NCBI GenBank assembly: GCA_963843555.1
Contig: CAWJKV010000005.1
Location: forward strand, 128,001-192,000
Reading direction: 5' to 3'
DNA length: 64,000 nt
Origin: an uncultured Methanosarcinales archaeon
GTDB taxonomy: Archaea > Halobacteriota > Methanosarcinia > Methanotrichales > Methanotrichaceae
Each line of letters starts with the position of its first letter. The stretch's first letter is position 1. Positions 33,221-42,421 of the stretch are shown here, in pieces. The notes beneath the pieces are model-generated. The model was not told where the DNA came from and searched no databases. It was given only the letters and a program-made list of their open reading frames with translations. The translations under genes were made by a program, and so were the position numbers.

Positions 33221-33408
33221 AACACATGCCTCCCAGGTTGAATGTCAGTCACGTATGCACCTCAATTTATGATCCTCAATAAGTCTCTGCCCCTCCTGCG
33301 GTCTACACCGTGTGCGTGAGTTCCTGATCCCCCCTCAGGGCGGAGAAGTGGAGTCGCTCCCTCAGATAATTTGATATATGGGAGACCGCGAAGAGCAATC
33401 TGAGTAAG

Positions 33409-33948
33409 ATGCTGAATGCCCTCATTGTCGCCTTCTGGCTGATGCTGCCCGCCTATATACCCAACAATAGCGCAGCGCTCTTCGGCGGAGGCATGCCACT
33501 GGACATGGGTCAGACCTTCCAGGATGGACGGCGAACTCTTGGCGACGGCAAGACTTTTCGAGGAACTATCGCGGGAACAGCCTGCGGCATCCTGATGGGG
33601 CTCCTGCAAAACCAGATCGCACCGGTGTTAGGTCTGCCGACCTTTGGCACAGGATTCGAACAACTGCCCGTTCTCTTGGGCCTCTCCCTGGGGGCGATGC
33701 TGGGAGATATTGTGGCTGCCTTCTTCAAGCGCCGCATGGGGCTGAAGCGCGGTGCGCCTCTTTTTGTGATCGACCAGATCGACTTCGTCATTGGAGCCTG
33801 GCTGCTCACCATAATCCTCGCGCCGCAATGGTTCTGGGAAAACTTCACCCCATTGATAATGCTGATTGTGTTGATAATAACCCCCATTCTGCACCGCGTC
33901 ACCAATATCATAGGCTACAAGATAGGAGCGAAGAGAGAACCCTGGTAA
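33409..33948 (+). CDS. carS: CDP-archaeol synthase
   Basis: LPAY.PN..A..FGGG.P.D.G, DG.R.LGDGKT.RG, GD...AFFKRR, DQ.DF, TP.LH..TN, K.EPW. Confidence 0.95.
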   Translation: MLNALIVAFWLMLPAYIPNNSAALFGGGMPLDMGQTFQDGRRTLGDGKTFRGTIAGTACGILMGLLQNQIAPVLGLPTFGTGFEQLPVLLGLSLGAMLGDIVAAFFKRRMGLKRGAPLFVIDQIDFVIGAWLLTIILAPQWFWENFTPLIMLIVLIITPILHRVTNIIGYKIGAKREPW

Positions 33949-33999
33949 GCGCACCATTAGCCGCTGCCGCCATAGAAATTTTTTCCACACCAGTTATCG

Positions 34000-34014
34000 C
34001 GAAAGCTTTATAAG
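34000..34014 (+). promoter_or_regulatory. BRE/TATA promoter candidate for the mtr operon
   Basis: cgaaagc-TTTATAAG about 85-95 nt upstream of mtrE; SD aggaggagg before the ATG. Confidence 0.6.
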
Positions 34015-34099
34015 TTCAGGTAATTGATACCAAGAGCGTCATAGCCAATTTTATCGTGGAAAACTATAAAATTGGTGAAATGAAAAGGAGGAGGAATAA

Positions 34100-35005
34100 A
34101 TGGACGCATTTAGCATGGGACTTGTAGCTGCTATGGGAGCCCTTGCGACGGTTGCGGGCGCTTCTGAAGATATAGAATCAGATATAGGATCTCAGAGCAA
34201 TCCGAACTCGCAAGTACAATTGGCCGCCCAGGTCGGCAACCCCCACAGGATTTATAACAAGGCCATCTCGGGAGAACCCCCGGCCAATGCCCTGTGGTGT
34301 GCCACTGCTGCTATGGTAGCCTATACGCTTATTACTGCCTTCCAGATGCCCGCACTGCTTGCCCTGGTGGCAGGCGCATCCGTTGCCGCTCTATTCAACG
34401 GTGTCTTTTCAATGAGCGCCTATTTTGGCAGGAATTCCAGCCAGGCTAGGTTCAACCAGTGGGTCTATCTGGATATCGTCAGGTACACCACGCCATCCAT
34501 TATGGCGCATGCCTGGATAACATCGTTTTGTATTGCAACTATATCTTACATCATGGTATACATGCTGCCAACACCACATCCCTTCCCGATGGCAATCATC
34601 GCTCTGATCTGGGGATTGGCTGTTGGTGCTATCGGCTCCTCGGTGGGCGATATTCACTATGGTGGCGAGCGCGAGTTCCAGAACCGGCAGTTCGGCTGCG
34701 GTCTGAACACCATGCTCTCCGGCCAGATTGTGAGGAAAGCTGAGGCAGGCCTGAGAAACTCCATTGATAACGCCTGGTTCTGCACCAAGTTCGGCGGACC
34801 GGCAACAGGAATGGGCTTCGGCCTCACGGTATTCCTGGACAACTGGAGAACAACGGTATTTGATCCCGTAACTCAGGCGACTTATGCCATTCTCATGGGA
34901 GTTTTCTTTATCATTGTGATGATCGCTTATAACTTCTACATAGAAAAGTCCGTCCGGGCAAAATATGGACCCTATCCGGAATACAAGGGGGATATTGCAG
35001 CATGA
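34100..35005 (+). CDS. mtrE: Tetrahydromethanopterin S-methyltransferase subunit E
   Basis: EDIESDIGSQSNPNSQVQLA, NKAISGEP, GDIHYG.ERE, FC.KFGGP. Confidence 0.98.
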   Translation: MDAFSMGLVAAMGALATVAGASEDIESDIGSQSNPNSQVQLAAQVGNPHRIYNKAISGEPPANALWCATAAMVAYTLITAFQMPALLALVAGASVAALFNGVFSMSAYFGRNSSQARFNQWVYLDIVRYTTPSIMAHAWITSFCIATISYIMVYMLPTPHPFPMAIIALIWGLAVGAIGSSVGDIHYGGEREFQNRQFGCGLNTMLSGQIVRKAEAGLRNSIDNAWFCTKFGGPATGMGFGLTVFLDNWRTTVFDPVTQATYAILMGVFFIIVMIAYNFYIEKSVRAKYGPYPEYKGDIAA

Positions 35006-35691
35006 ACTTCGATGCTAATACTATTGTCTACATTCTGGAGATCCTCGTGGGTGGACTCCTGGTAGGCATTGGTGTTCACTTTGTGCCGGTGGGTGGCGCT
35101 CCCGCCGCCATGGCTCAGGCAGCCGGCATCGGTACGGGCACAGTGCAGCTCGCTGCTGGATCAGGCCTGACAGGGCTACTGGCAGCCGGACTGATGATGT
35201 CAGTCACAGACAACCTCTGGCTCATTCTGGCCTCAGGAGCTGTTGGCGCAGGAATCATGATGGGCTCTACCATGCTCACCGGCTCCTGGATCTATGCTTA
35301 CGCCGTGGGAGCACCCTTTGCCTCGGCCAAGGTCAATTATGACCCCATAACCGGATTTTCCCAGCCGCCTTATGTGGCTCCGGGAACGGTTGGCCAGGGC
35401 ATTCCCACCATCTGCTTCGTCAGCGGCATCATCGGCGCTGTATTTGGAGGCTTAGGTGGCGCTATGATCTACTATCCGCTCTATCTGATCAACGGCAATG
35501 CCGCTTTGAGCGCCATGTTCGCCATTGGTATCTTCCTGGTGAATGCCGTTATTGCATCCTGGAACATCCAGGGAACCATCGAAGGCTTCCACGACCCCAA
35601 GTTCAAGAAGTGGCCCTTCGCCTTCAAAGCCTGCGCCATAGCCAGCATACTGCTCGCTCTTGCGTCAGTGTTGATCACGGGAGGTGCCTGA
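35002..35691 (+). CDS. mtrD: Tetrahydromethanopterin S-methyltransferase subunit D
   Basis: VHFVPVGGAPAAMAQA.GIGTGT, DPITG, GTIEGFHDPKFK. Confidence 0.98.
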   Translation: MNFDANTIVYILEILVGGLLVGIGVHFVPVGGAPAAMAQAAGIGTGTVQLAAGSGLTGLLAAGLMMSVTDNLWLILASGAVGAGIMMGSTMLTGSWIYAYAVGAPFASAKVNYDPITGFSQPPYVAPGTVGQGIPTICFVSGIIGAVFGGLGGAMIYYPLYLINGNAALSAMFAIGIFLVNAVIASWNIQGTIEGFHDPKFKKWPFAFKACAIASILLALASVLITGGA

Positions 35692-36499
35692 AATGTCATT
35701 CTTATCTGACATGGATCCCAAGAAGCTGAGGATGTACGGTCTGGTCGGCTCAGTGGTGGGAATATATCTGGGTTCTATCCTCAACAGTGCCCTGGACACC
35801 AATGTATTCTCCTTTATCGGAGCCGTAGCCGCCATCTTTGCCGTAGTCATGGGAGCCAACGCCGTGAGAAGAGTCTGTGCTTACGGTATAGGCACTGGAG
35901 TTCCATCCATCGGTATGCTTGCCTTAGGTATGGGCATAATTGCCGTCATGTTCGGACTTTCTGTGGCTGAAACCTTAGGCATTCCACTTCTCGGCCCCAT
36001 TATCACGCTGGTCTATGCCGGAGTCTTCGGTTACATCATCGGTGTCATCGCCAATAAGGTCATCAAGTTCAACATCCCTGTCATGGAAGAGGGCAATGCT
36101 GACCTATCTATGGCAGGTGCAATGGCCCTCTTAGGCTGGAGCTTTGCCATATCCGGCACATTAGGCTACGATGCCATCTTGAACACCGTTCTTAACACCG
36201 GCTATATCGCCATCATCTTCATCGCCGGCGGTCTCGCCATCCTGCATCCCTTCAATGCTAATCTCGGCCCGGATGAGAAGCAGGATAGAACTCTGGTGAA
36301 TTCGGTCATGGTGAGCGGAGTTGCAATGATCGTCACGGGAATCGCGGCCATCGCAACGCAGGGCTTAGCGGCTGGACTGTTGCAGCTTGTCATCGGCTTT
36401 GCCATATGGTTCTACTTCTTCAAGATGTACTACCGTCTGGTCAAGAGAGATGCATCCGCAGTGGTCGGAACTGGACTATTGCCGCCAACGGTGCAATGA
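35684..36499 (+). CDS. mtrC: Tetrahydromethanopterin S-methyltransferase subunit C
   Basis: AVRRV..YGIGTGVPSIGM, ILHPFNA.LGPDE.Q.RTL. Confidence 0.98.
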   Translation: MPEMSFLSDMDPKKLRMYGLVGSVVGIYLGSILNSALDTNVFSFIGAVAAIFAVVMGANAVRRVCAYGIGTGVPSIGMLALGMGIIAVMFGLSVAETLGIPLLGPIITLVYAGVFGYIIGVIANKVIKFNIPVMEEGNADLSMAGAMALLGWSFAISGTLGYDAILNTVLNTGYIAIIFIAGGLAILHPFNANLGPDEKQDRTLVNSVMVSGVAMIVTGIAAIATQGLAAGLLQLVIGFAIWFYFFKMYYRLVKRDASAVVGTGLLPPTVQ

Positions 36500-36511
36500 G
36501 GAGGTCTAGAT

Positions 36512-36865
36512 ATGGGATTTGTTAGAGTTTCACCAGAACTGGGCCTGATCTTCGACCCCATGAAAGGAGTGGTTTCGGAGCAGAGGGCGGATCTGGTTCT
36601 GTATACTTTCGACCCGGTTTATGACAGAATAGAAAAACTGGACAAGATAGCCGATGACCTGGTCAACCAGCTTGTGCCGGACAACGAGCTTCTCAGTTCG
36701 TACGCCCACCGAGGCAAGGCCTCCTACATCGCCGGCCTGTACACCAACATATGGATGGGCTTCATCATCGGCCTGGTAGTATCCTTCGTGGTGCTGCTGT
36801 CCATGGCGTTCACCGATCCGGCAACCCTTGAGATCGTAAAGAAGGCATTGGGCGGAGGTGCTTAG
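36512..36865 (+). CDS. mtrB: Tetrahydromethanopterin S-methyltransferase subunit B
   Basis: V.VSPE..L..DP..GVV, L...ADDL.N.L.P, C-terminal TM; operon position. Confidence 0.95.
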   Translation: MGFVRVSPELGLIFDPMKGVVSEQRADLVLYTFDPVYDRIEKLDKIADDLVNQLVPDNELLSSYAHRGKASYIAGLYTNIWMGFIIGLVVSFVVLLSMAFTDPATLEIVKKALGGGA

Positions 36866-36867
36866 AA

Positions 36868-37599
36868 ATGGTACTCAAAAAGAAGCCATCTGAACCCTGG
36901 CCGACGATTACCGGCGAATATGAAGTCGGCAATCCGGAGAGCCCTGTCGCTGTTTGTACCTGCGGCTCGCATCTTCATGGCGCCGATCTGATCAAGGCCG
37001 GCGCAGCTCTTGCCGGACCGTGCAAGACGGAGAACATCGGCATAGAGAAGATGGTGGCCAACGTCATCTCCAATCCCAACATCAGATACGTAGTGGTTAC
37101 GGGAATGGAGGTCAAGGGGCACATCACCGGACAGGCTGTCGAGGCTTTTACCCAGAGCGGAATTGACAAGGAAGGAAGGATCATTGGAGCCAAGGGAGCC
37201 ATTCCCTTCATCCAGAACCTGACGCCCGAGTCAATTGAGCGCTTCAAGAGCCAGGTGCAGACGGTCATGATGATGAACACCGAGGACATGGGAGCCATCA
37301 CCGGCAAGATCAAGGAGCTGGTCTCCAAGGATCCCGGCGCTCTTGACGTAGAGCCCATGACCATAGAGATCAAAGAGGGCGGCGAAGAAGAAGTGGGAGC
37401 AGGTCTCCGGCCCATGGCCGCAGAGATCGTCGAGGTTCGCGGGAGGATGCGCGGCATAAATACTGCGGTCACCAACTCCGGTCTTCTCAACAAGCTGCAA
37501 GCAGGCATCTATGCCGGCAAGATCGAAGGCATTGCTCTCGGCATGACTACGGTCCTCGTCCTCTTCGGATTAATTCTCAAGGTGGCAGGAGGGATGTAA
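36868..37599 (+). CDS. mtrA: Tetrahydromethanopterin S-methyltransferase subunit A (corrinoid protein)
   Basis: WP...GEY.VG.PES.VAV.T.GSH, KTENIGIEK..AN.ISNPNIR, EVKGH.TGQ, GAIPFI.N. Confidence 0.98.
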   Translation: MVLKKKPSEPWPTITGEYEVGNPESPVAVCTCGSHLHGADLIKAGAALAGPCKTENIGIEKMVANVISNPNIRYVVVTGMEVKGHITGQAVEAFTQSGIDKEGRIIGAKGAIPFIQNLTPESIERFKSQVQTVMMMNTEDMGAITGKIKELVSKDPGALDVEPMTIEIKEGGEEEVGAGLRPMAAEIVEVRGRMRGINTAVTNSGLLNKLQAGIYAGKIEGIALGMTTVLVLFGLILKVAGGM

Positions 37600-37600
37600 A

Positions 37601-37828
37601 ATGGCTGAAGAGATTGCATACGGCCAGGGAATAGCGTCCGTGGTCGAGCCCAATATGCCTATGATTGATGCAATAGTAGAGGACATAAGGTACAAGGGCC
37701 AGCTTTTGGCCAGAGAGACCAAGCTGAGCTCCGGCGTCCTGGCTACGGTATCAGTAGGATTTGCCATTGGCTTTGTCCTCGCTATTGTGATGATGCTGGC
37801 GCCTTTCGCCTTAATGGGGGGGCTGTAA
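37601..37828 (+). CDS. mtrF: Tetrahydromethanopterin S-methyltransferase subunit F
   Basis: VEDIRYKGQL.AR..KL.SG plus TM helix. Confidence 0.95.
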   Translation: MAEEIAYGQGIASVVEPNMPMIDAIVEDIRYKGQLLARETKLSSGVLATVSVGFAIGFVLAIVMMLAPFALMGGL

Positions 37829-37831
37829 ACT

Positions 37832-38077
37832 ATGGCAGAAGATATTAAGCCGGTAATACCGGTTGCCGTAGTCGACCCTGATCAACTCAGAGACGTAATG
37901 GCAAAGCTGGACAAGATCGAGGAGAAGATCGAATTCTACTCCTCAGAGAAGTACATGAGAGCCGGCAAGTCCATCGGCAGAGATCTGGGCATAGCCTATG
38001 GTGTCTGCGCAGGGTTGATCTTGACTTTAGCATACATACTGTTCGTATACGCAGGCAATTGGAAAGCGGTGATTTGA
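37832..38077 (+). CDS. mtrG: Tetrahydromethanopterin S-methyltransferase subunit G
   Basis: KLD.IEEKIEF...E...R.GK..GRD.GI.YG. Confidence 0.95.
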   Translation: MAEDIKPVIPVAVVDPDQLRDVMAKLDKIEEKIEFYSSEKYMRAGKSIGRDLGIAYGVCAGLILTLAYILFVYAGNWKAVI

Positions 38078-39013
38078 ATGTTCAGATTTGATAGGAAGCA
38101 GGAAGTCTTCGATTTCGGTAAATTCAAGATAGGAGGCCAGCCGGGCGAGTACGCCACATGCTGCATCGGCACCATGTTCTACGCCAGGCACAAGATCGTC
38201 TCCGATCCGGAGCATGGAGTCTTTGATGCGGCAGCTGCCGAGAGACTCTGGAATGCACAGGTTGAGATGAGCGATGTCACAGGCAACTCCTGTATGAACC
38301 AGATAGTGGCCGAGAGCAACGAGGCCATGAAGAAGGAGATCGACTGGTTTGTAGGTCTATCGGATTACCCGTTCCTCATCGACTCCTCTGCTCCTGAGGT
38401 GCGCGCCTTCGGCGTCAAGTACGCCACTGAGATCGGCGTGGCGGATAGAGCAGTGCACAACTCCATCAACGCCTCCATCACAGATGAGGAGCTGAAGGCA
38501 GTCAAAGAGAGCGATCTCAACTCAGCTATCGTGCTCGCCTTCAATGCCATGGAGAAGGGAACCAAAGGCAAGATGGATATCCTGACCAAGGCTGCCGGCG
38601 GCGCCAAGAAGGGCATGCTGGAGTATGCCAAAGAGTGCGGCATCACCAGGCCGCTCATCGATACTGCCGCCATGCCTCTGGGAGCCGGCTCAGGCGCAAC
38701 CTATCGTGCCTGCATTGCCGTCAAGGCCCAGCTCGGCCTTCCGGTAGGCGGAGGATTCCATAACGGAGCCTCGGCCTGGGACTGGATGAAGAAGTGGAAG
38801 AAACAGCACAAGGAGGCCTTCGCTCCTGTCGATATCGGCTCCAACCTGGTGGCCGGAATCGTGGGTGCTGACTACTACCTCTACGGGCCCATAGAGAACG
38901 CCCCCATGATCTTCCCGGCAGCAGCCATGGTGGATATCATGAAGGCAGAGTCCGCAGAAGAGCTGGGACTGGAAGTTCTGGCTGAGAAGCATCCCCGGAA
39001 GACGACCCTTTAG
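38078..39013 (+). CDS. mtrH: Tetrahydromethanopterin S-methyltransferase subunit H
   Basis: MFRF...Q, KIGGQPGEY, PFLIDS, NSIN, GLPVGGG.HN, LYGPIEN. Confidence 0.98.
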   Translation: MFRFDRKQEVFDFGKFKIGGQPGEYATCCIGTMFYARHKIVSDPEHGVFDAAAAERLWNAQVEMSDVTGNSCMNQIVAESNEAMKKEIDWFVGLSDYPFLIDSSAPEVRAFGVKYATEIGVADRAVHNSINASITDEELKAVKESDLNSAIVLAFNAMEKGTKGKMDILTKAAGGAKKGMLEYAKECGITRPLIDTAAMPLGAGSGATYRACIAVKAQLGLPVGGGFHNGASAWDWMKKWKKQHKEAFAPVDIGSNLVAGIVGADYYLYGPIENAPMIFPAAAMVDIMKAESAEELGLEVLAEKHPRKTTL

Positions 39014-39039
39014 GTCGCTTCTTTTTTTCTTTCTTTTTT
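39003..39039 (+). terminator. Probable terminator of the mtr operon
   Basis: Short stem cgacc/ggtcg over the stop codon followed by two oligo-T tracts. Confidence 0.6.
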
Positions 39040-39049
39040 GGGGGTTTTC

Positions 39050-39706
39050 TTGCCCCGCGTTATTGTAAAGGCCGTTTTTGAAGATATCAAATTCCAGTGC
39101 CAGAGGTGCGGCTCCTGCTGCCATCATAAAAGGCCCCTGGAGTTCGATGATCTTGTTCCCATGGATCAACTGAAAGAGTTTTGGGAGAAGTCCAATCTGA
39201 TCTACCTCACGGAAAAGGATGTCAGAGCCATTTCCGAAAAGACGGGCAAAAAGGCTGCAGATATCGTTGATACCCTTTATGACTATGACGGATGTTATGT
39301 TAAAATTATGGATAAGGGAAGCAAGGTAATCCTCGACCTGCCGGTTATGAAAAGCAAAGAGGATACTACCTGCATCTTCTACCGGGAAGGCTGCACCATC
39401 TATTCTGTGCGACCTATTGCTTGCCGGCTTTTTCCCTTCCGGGTGGAAGAAGAGACCATGCCCAATGGAGATATTCTTCTTCAAATTGACTGCAACCCCA
39501 CCTGCCCGGGCGTAGGAAAGGGAAAGAGAGTGGATAAGAGGAAGCTGGAAAAGCTGGTGGTAGATCAGTTCCTGCAAAGAACAGAGGACATAACCCCCCA
39601 TATTCAAAGGCTTAAGGCCTCAGGAGAAATCGGGGCCCAGACCAGTGTATTCAGAACTCTGCCGGGAAGGCGAGCCAAGAGATCGTCGTCTCATCAGAGT
39701 CAGTGA
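39050..39706 (+). CDS. YkgJ/CxxCxxCC family Fe-S/Zn cluster protein
   Basis: F.CQRCGSCC, C.FY..GC.IY..RP.ACR.FPF, CPG.G. Confidence 0.88.
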   Translation: MPRVIVKAVFEDIKFQCQRCGSCCHHKRPLEFDDLVPMDQLKEFWEKSNLIYLTEKDVRAISEKTGKKAADIVDTLYDYDGCYVKIMDKGSKVILDLPVMKSKEDTTCIFYREGCTIYSVRPIACRLFPFRVEEETMPNGDILLQIDCNPTCPGVGKGKRVDKRKLEKLVVDQFLQRTEDITPHIQRLKASGEIGAQTSVFRTLPGRRAKRSSSHQSQ

Positions 39707-39848
39707 GCTTCGGTATCACTTCTTACGATCCACATTTAATTAAAAAATATATTTATTTATTCTGAACTCCTGAGGAATCAGAACCCCAAAGGGAGAGGTT
39801 CGTACTATTCAGAGCCCAGGGCTCAGATAGCTGCTTGCCGTTCAAGTT

Positions 39849-40004
39849 CTATGCCAGATGTCCAGTCAGAGCCGCAACCATGAATACGATTGCAGATATG
39901 AGGATGGTGTAAAATCCGGCATCCTCTGATGAGATTGCTCCATGAACTTCGATATCGTGCCCAACTAAGGGAGGTTCGTTGTGTATAAAGCCAGCCATAT
40001 TCAT
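39849..40004 (-). CDS. 51-aa small membrane protein (not in ORF track)
   Basis: MNMAGFIHNEPPLVGHDIEVHGAISSEDAGFYTILISAIVFMVAALTGHLA*; single C-terminal TM helix. Confidence 0.55.
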   Translation of the reverse strand: MNMAGFIHNEPPLVGHDIEVHGAISSEDAGFYTILISAIVFMVAALTGHLA

Positions 40005-40359
40005 TTCCTATACAGCAGACCTCGCCGATTTCTGAAGATCGCCGTACAAAACTCTATGAGATGCATTCCATTATTTAACCTTTCCCAATAATGATCGATT
40101 TTTTCGATTAAAAATTGACTCAATAGATGAATTGATCTCAATGTTCTCCCTTTAATGCCAAAAAAATTTTTGGCAATTTGGTTTTTTTGTTAAATACCTT
40201 TTTTACCAAAAAAACCAAACAAAAGGCGCTAGAAGAATGGCGAGAACGGGGGCAGCCAAGCTGTCGGCGAGAAATGTAATGATCAGCAAAAAGTTTATCA
40301 TGGTCGAGGTCTAATGGGCGCCTTGGCTAATCTTTCCAATTCCCCGGAGGTGAAAAGAG

Positions 40360-40473
40360 ATGGATATCATGTCTCAGATATACGCTATTATAATATTTGG
40401 CATACTAGTCGTAGCCCTGCCTACGATCCTGAACAAGTGGTCGGATAAGAGGTCGGGAGTAAGGCAGTCTTAA
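40360..40473 (+). CDS. 37-aa small membrane protein (not in ORF track)
   Basis: SD GGAGGTGA 6 nt upstream; MDIMSQIYAIIIFGILVVALPTILNKWSDKRSGVRQS* (TM helix plus basic tail). Confidence 0.7.
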   Translation: MDIMSQIYAIIIFGILVVALPTILNKWSDKRSGVRQS

Positions 40474-40488
40474 TAAAGTTTTCTTTTC

Positions 40489-40511
40489 CAGTCCTGGCCA
40501 AGCCAGGACTG
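40489..40511. terminator. Perfect 10-bp hairpin downstream of the 37-aa ORF
   Basis: cagtcctggc-caa-gccaggactg with T-rich flanks. Confidence 0.6.
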
Positions 40512-40725
40512 CTATTACTTACTTTTCTTCGAGTTCCAGGCCAACTAATTCGCAGCTGTTTTTCCTGAATGCTCGGCATGTTGCCAGACACTTCTTTGAC
40601 AATCCAGCCGCAGCCCTGGCGCTGATGCAAAAATAAATGCTGAATTGGCCCTACAGCTGGCAAATCTTCCATAGCTTTTAATACTGATAAAGGCAAACCA
40701 AAAGACAAAAAGGCACGGCGAGCAA

Positions 40726-41175
40726 ATGCCCAGCGTCAAATATACCAGAATAGAAATAACCCAAGAGGCATACATGGCTTTAGAGGCGGAAGCCATCCTA
40801 CAAGGGAAGACCTTGAAGAAGCTCGCGTCGGAAATGATAATGAAAGGGGCTTCCAAAAAGGCTCTAAATTTTGTCCAGGAATCTACCATTTCAATCGAAG
40901 CCAACTTGAATTTTAGCAGAGATAGACTATCAAAAGTGATAAACGATATCGGAACAACAAAGATGAACATCGACGAGAGCGTTATGGAGAACGTCCAACA
41001 GAGCCTGGTTGATGAGGGATATCAAGGTGCAATGTTGTATGTGGCTCAACATACGGCATCGATGCAAAGGGATGAGCTCTTTCGGATATTGACAACCTGT
41101 CAACTCAATAGAGTGCCTTCAGCGATGGCTGTGGATATCATTAAGAGTTTGAGGAGAATGCAAGGCGGCAAATGA
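40726..41175 (+). CDS. Hypothetical protein with ribbon-helix-helix-like N-terminus
   Basis: YTRIEITQEAYMALEAEAILQGKTLKKLASEMI fits a strand-helix-G-helix RHH pattern. Confidence 0.7.
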   Translation: MPSVKYTRIEITQEAYMALEAEAILQGKTLKKLASEMIMKGASKKALNFVQESTISIEANLNFSRDRLSKVINDIGTTKMNIDESVMENVQQSLVDEGYQGAMLYVAQHTASMQRDELFRILTTCQLNRVPSAMAVDIIKSLRRMQGGK

Positions 41176-41380
41176 GCATTATATAAGTGCATCCTGAAAA
41201 AGGGATTATCGTCTTGGTCTATACCAAATTGTTCTCGGAGTTTCAATCCGCTCCAAGATATCATGTGGCCACAAGAAATCCCTATGGATATAGGCTCCGC
41301 AAACTATTTCTATCAAAGTTTTTATACGCAGAAGACCATATTCAGCATCGAAGAGAATACCGCATGCAAGATAAAATGGA

Positions 41381-41707
41381 GTGATCATCTTGAAGAAAGA
41401 AGAATTCTTGGAGCAGATTGAGGGCTTCCTGCTTCCCGAGGTGTTTGATCAGAATCTTCTCGATCATGCTGCAGAGATGTTCGGGAAATGGGGAAAAAGT
41501 ACGCATATGGACGAGAAGGAGCATCTCTTCGAGAGCTTTGGCCTAACCTCCAAACCGGAAGACAGCAATGATCTGAAGAAGCAGAAGACAGCCCTGCGCT
41601 TTGTCTGCACGAAGATGATGGAATCCAATCTCAACCGGGAGGATGCCGTAGATCTCATCCGGAATTTCAATAAGTTCAAAGACCCTGGCTACGAATGGCT
41701 GGAATAA
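41381..41707 (+). CDS. Hypothetical protein
   Basis: 108-aa helical ORF with plausible composition; SD-like ggagtga near the start. Confidence 0.7.
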   Translation: MIILKKEEFLEQIEGFLLPEVFDQNLLDHAAEMFGKWGKSTHMDEKEHLFESFGLTSKPEDSNDLKKQKTALRFVCTKMMESNLNREDAVDLIRNFNKFKDPGYEWLE

Positions 41708-41827
41708 TTAAGAGAGGGTATTTGGCCGCGGCTGGCGACGGGTCCGCGACGCGTCTGCCTCTCCAACTGGTGCGACCGGCCCAAAGCCAAGGCTCATGAA
41801 GCCTTCTGCCCGGGCGCTCTCTCTCAG

Positions 41828-42400
41828 TCATTCTTTGAGTTTCTTCATCAGCCATCCCATATTCTGGCCCAGGACCTTCATGGTCTGCATTCCTTCCGGA
41901 TCTCGTTCCACATCCTTCTCCGCGAGTCCCATGCCAATATTCCAGTAGCTTGAGCCTGGAATTATCATCTGGTTGATCAGGAAGAAGTGATTGATGGAAT
42001 CGAAGACATGAATCGCCCCCGCCCTGCGGACGGCTACCACAGCCGCGCCCACCTTGCGCTTGAACATATCCCCGTTGGCTTTGCCCACAAATCCCGAGCG
42101 GTCAATGAGGGCCTTGAGCTCCGGGGTGAGGTCGCTGAAGTAGGTGGGCGAGCCCAGGATAATTCCATCCGCCTGGGCCATTTTCTCTATGCAATCGTTT
42201 ATGATGTCTTTATCCAGGGCGCACTTGCCGTCCTTACTCTCATGACACTTAAAGCAAGCGATGCAGCCCGAAATAGGCCCTTTCAGATGAACCAGTTCCG
42301 TCTCCATTCCCTGGCCCTCCAGCTCCATAAGAGCTTCACGAAGGAGGGTGGCGGTATTTCCGTCCCTGCGAGGACTGCCATTAAATGCAACAACTTTCAT
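41828..42400 (-). CDS. Iron-sulfur flavoprotein / flavodoxin-family FMN reductase
   Basis: NGSPR.DGNT, C..C..C.....[19 protein letters not shown]. Confidence 0.92.
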   Translation of the reverse strand: MKVVAFNGSPRRDGNTATLLREALMELEGQGMETELVHLKGPISGCIACFKCHESKDGKCALDKDIINDCIEKMAQADGIILGSPTYFSDLTPELKALIDRSGFVGKANGDMFKRKVGAAVVAVRRAGAIHVFDSINHFFLINQMIIPGSSYWNIGMGLAEKDVERDPEGMQTMKVLGQNMGWLMKKLKE

Positions 42401-42421
42401 CCTTTTTCACCCCATATGTTT

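Noticed and set aside
41187..41384. 65-aa ORF between two hypothetical genes
   Set aside because: No SD, motif or convincing composition, and several frames are equally open.
41720..41826. GC-rich spacer possibly repeating the element at 325-450
   Set aside because: Only a short shared word (tttggccg); not enough to call a repeat family.
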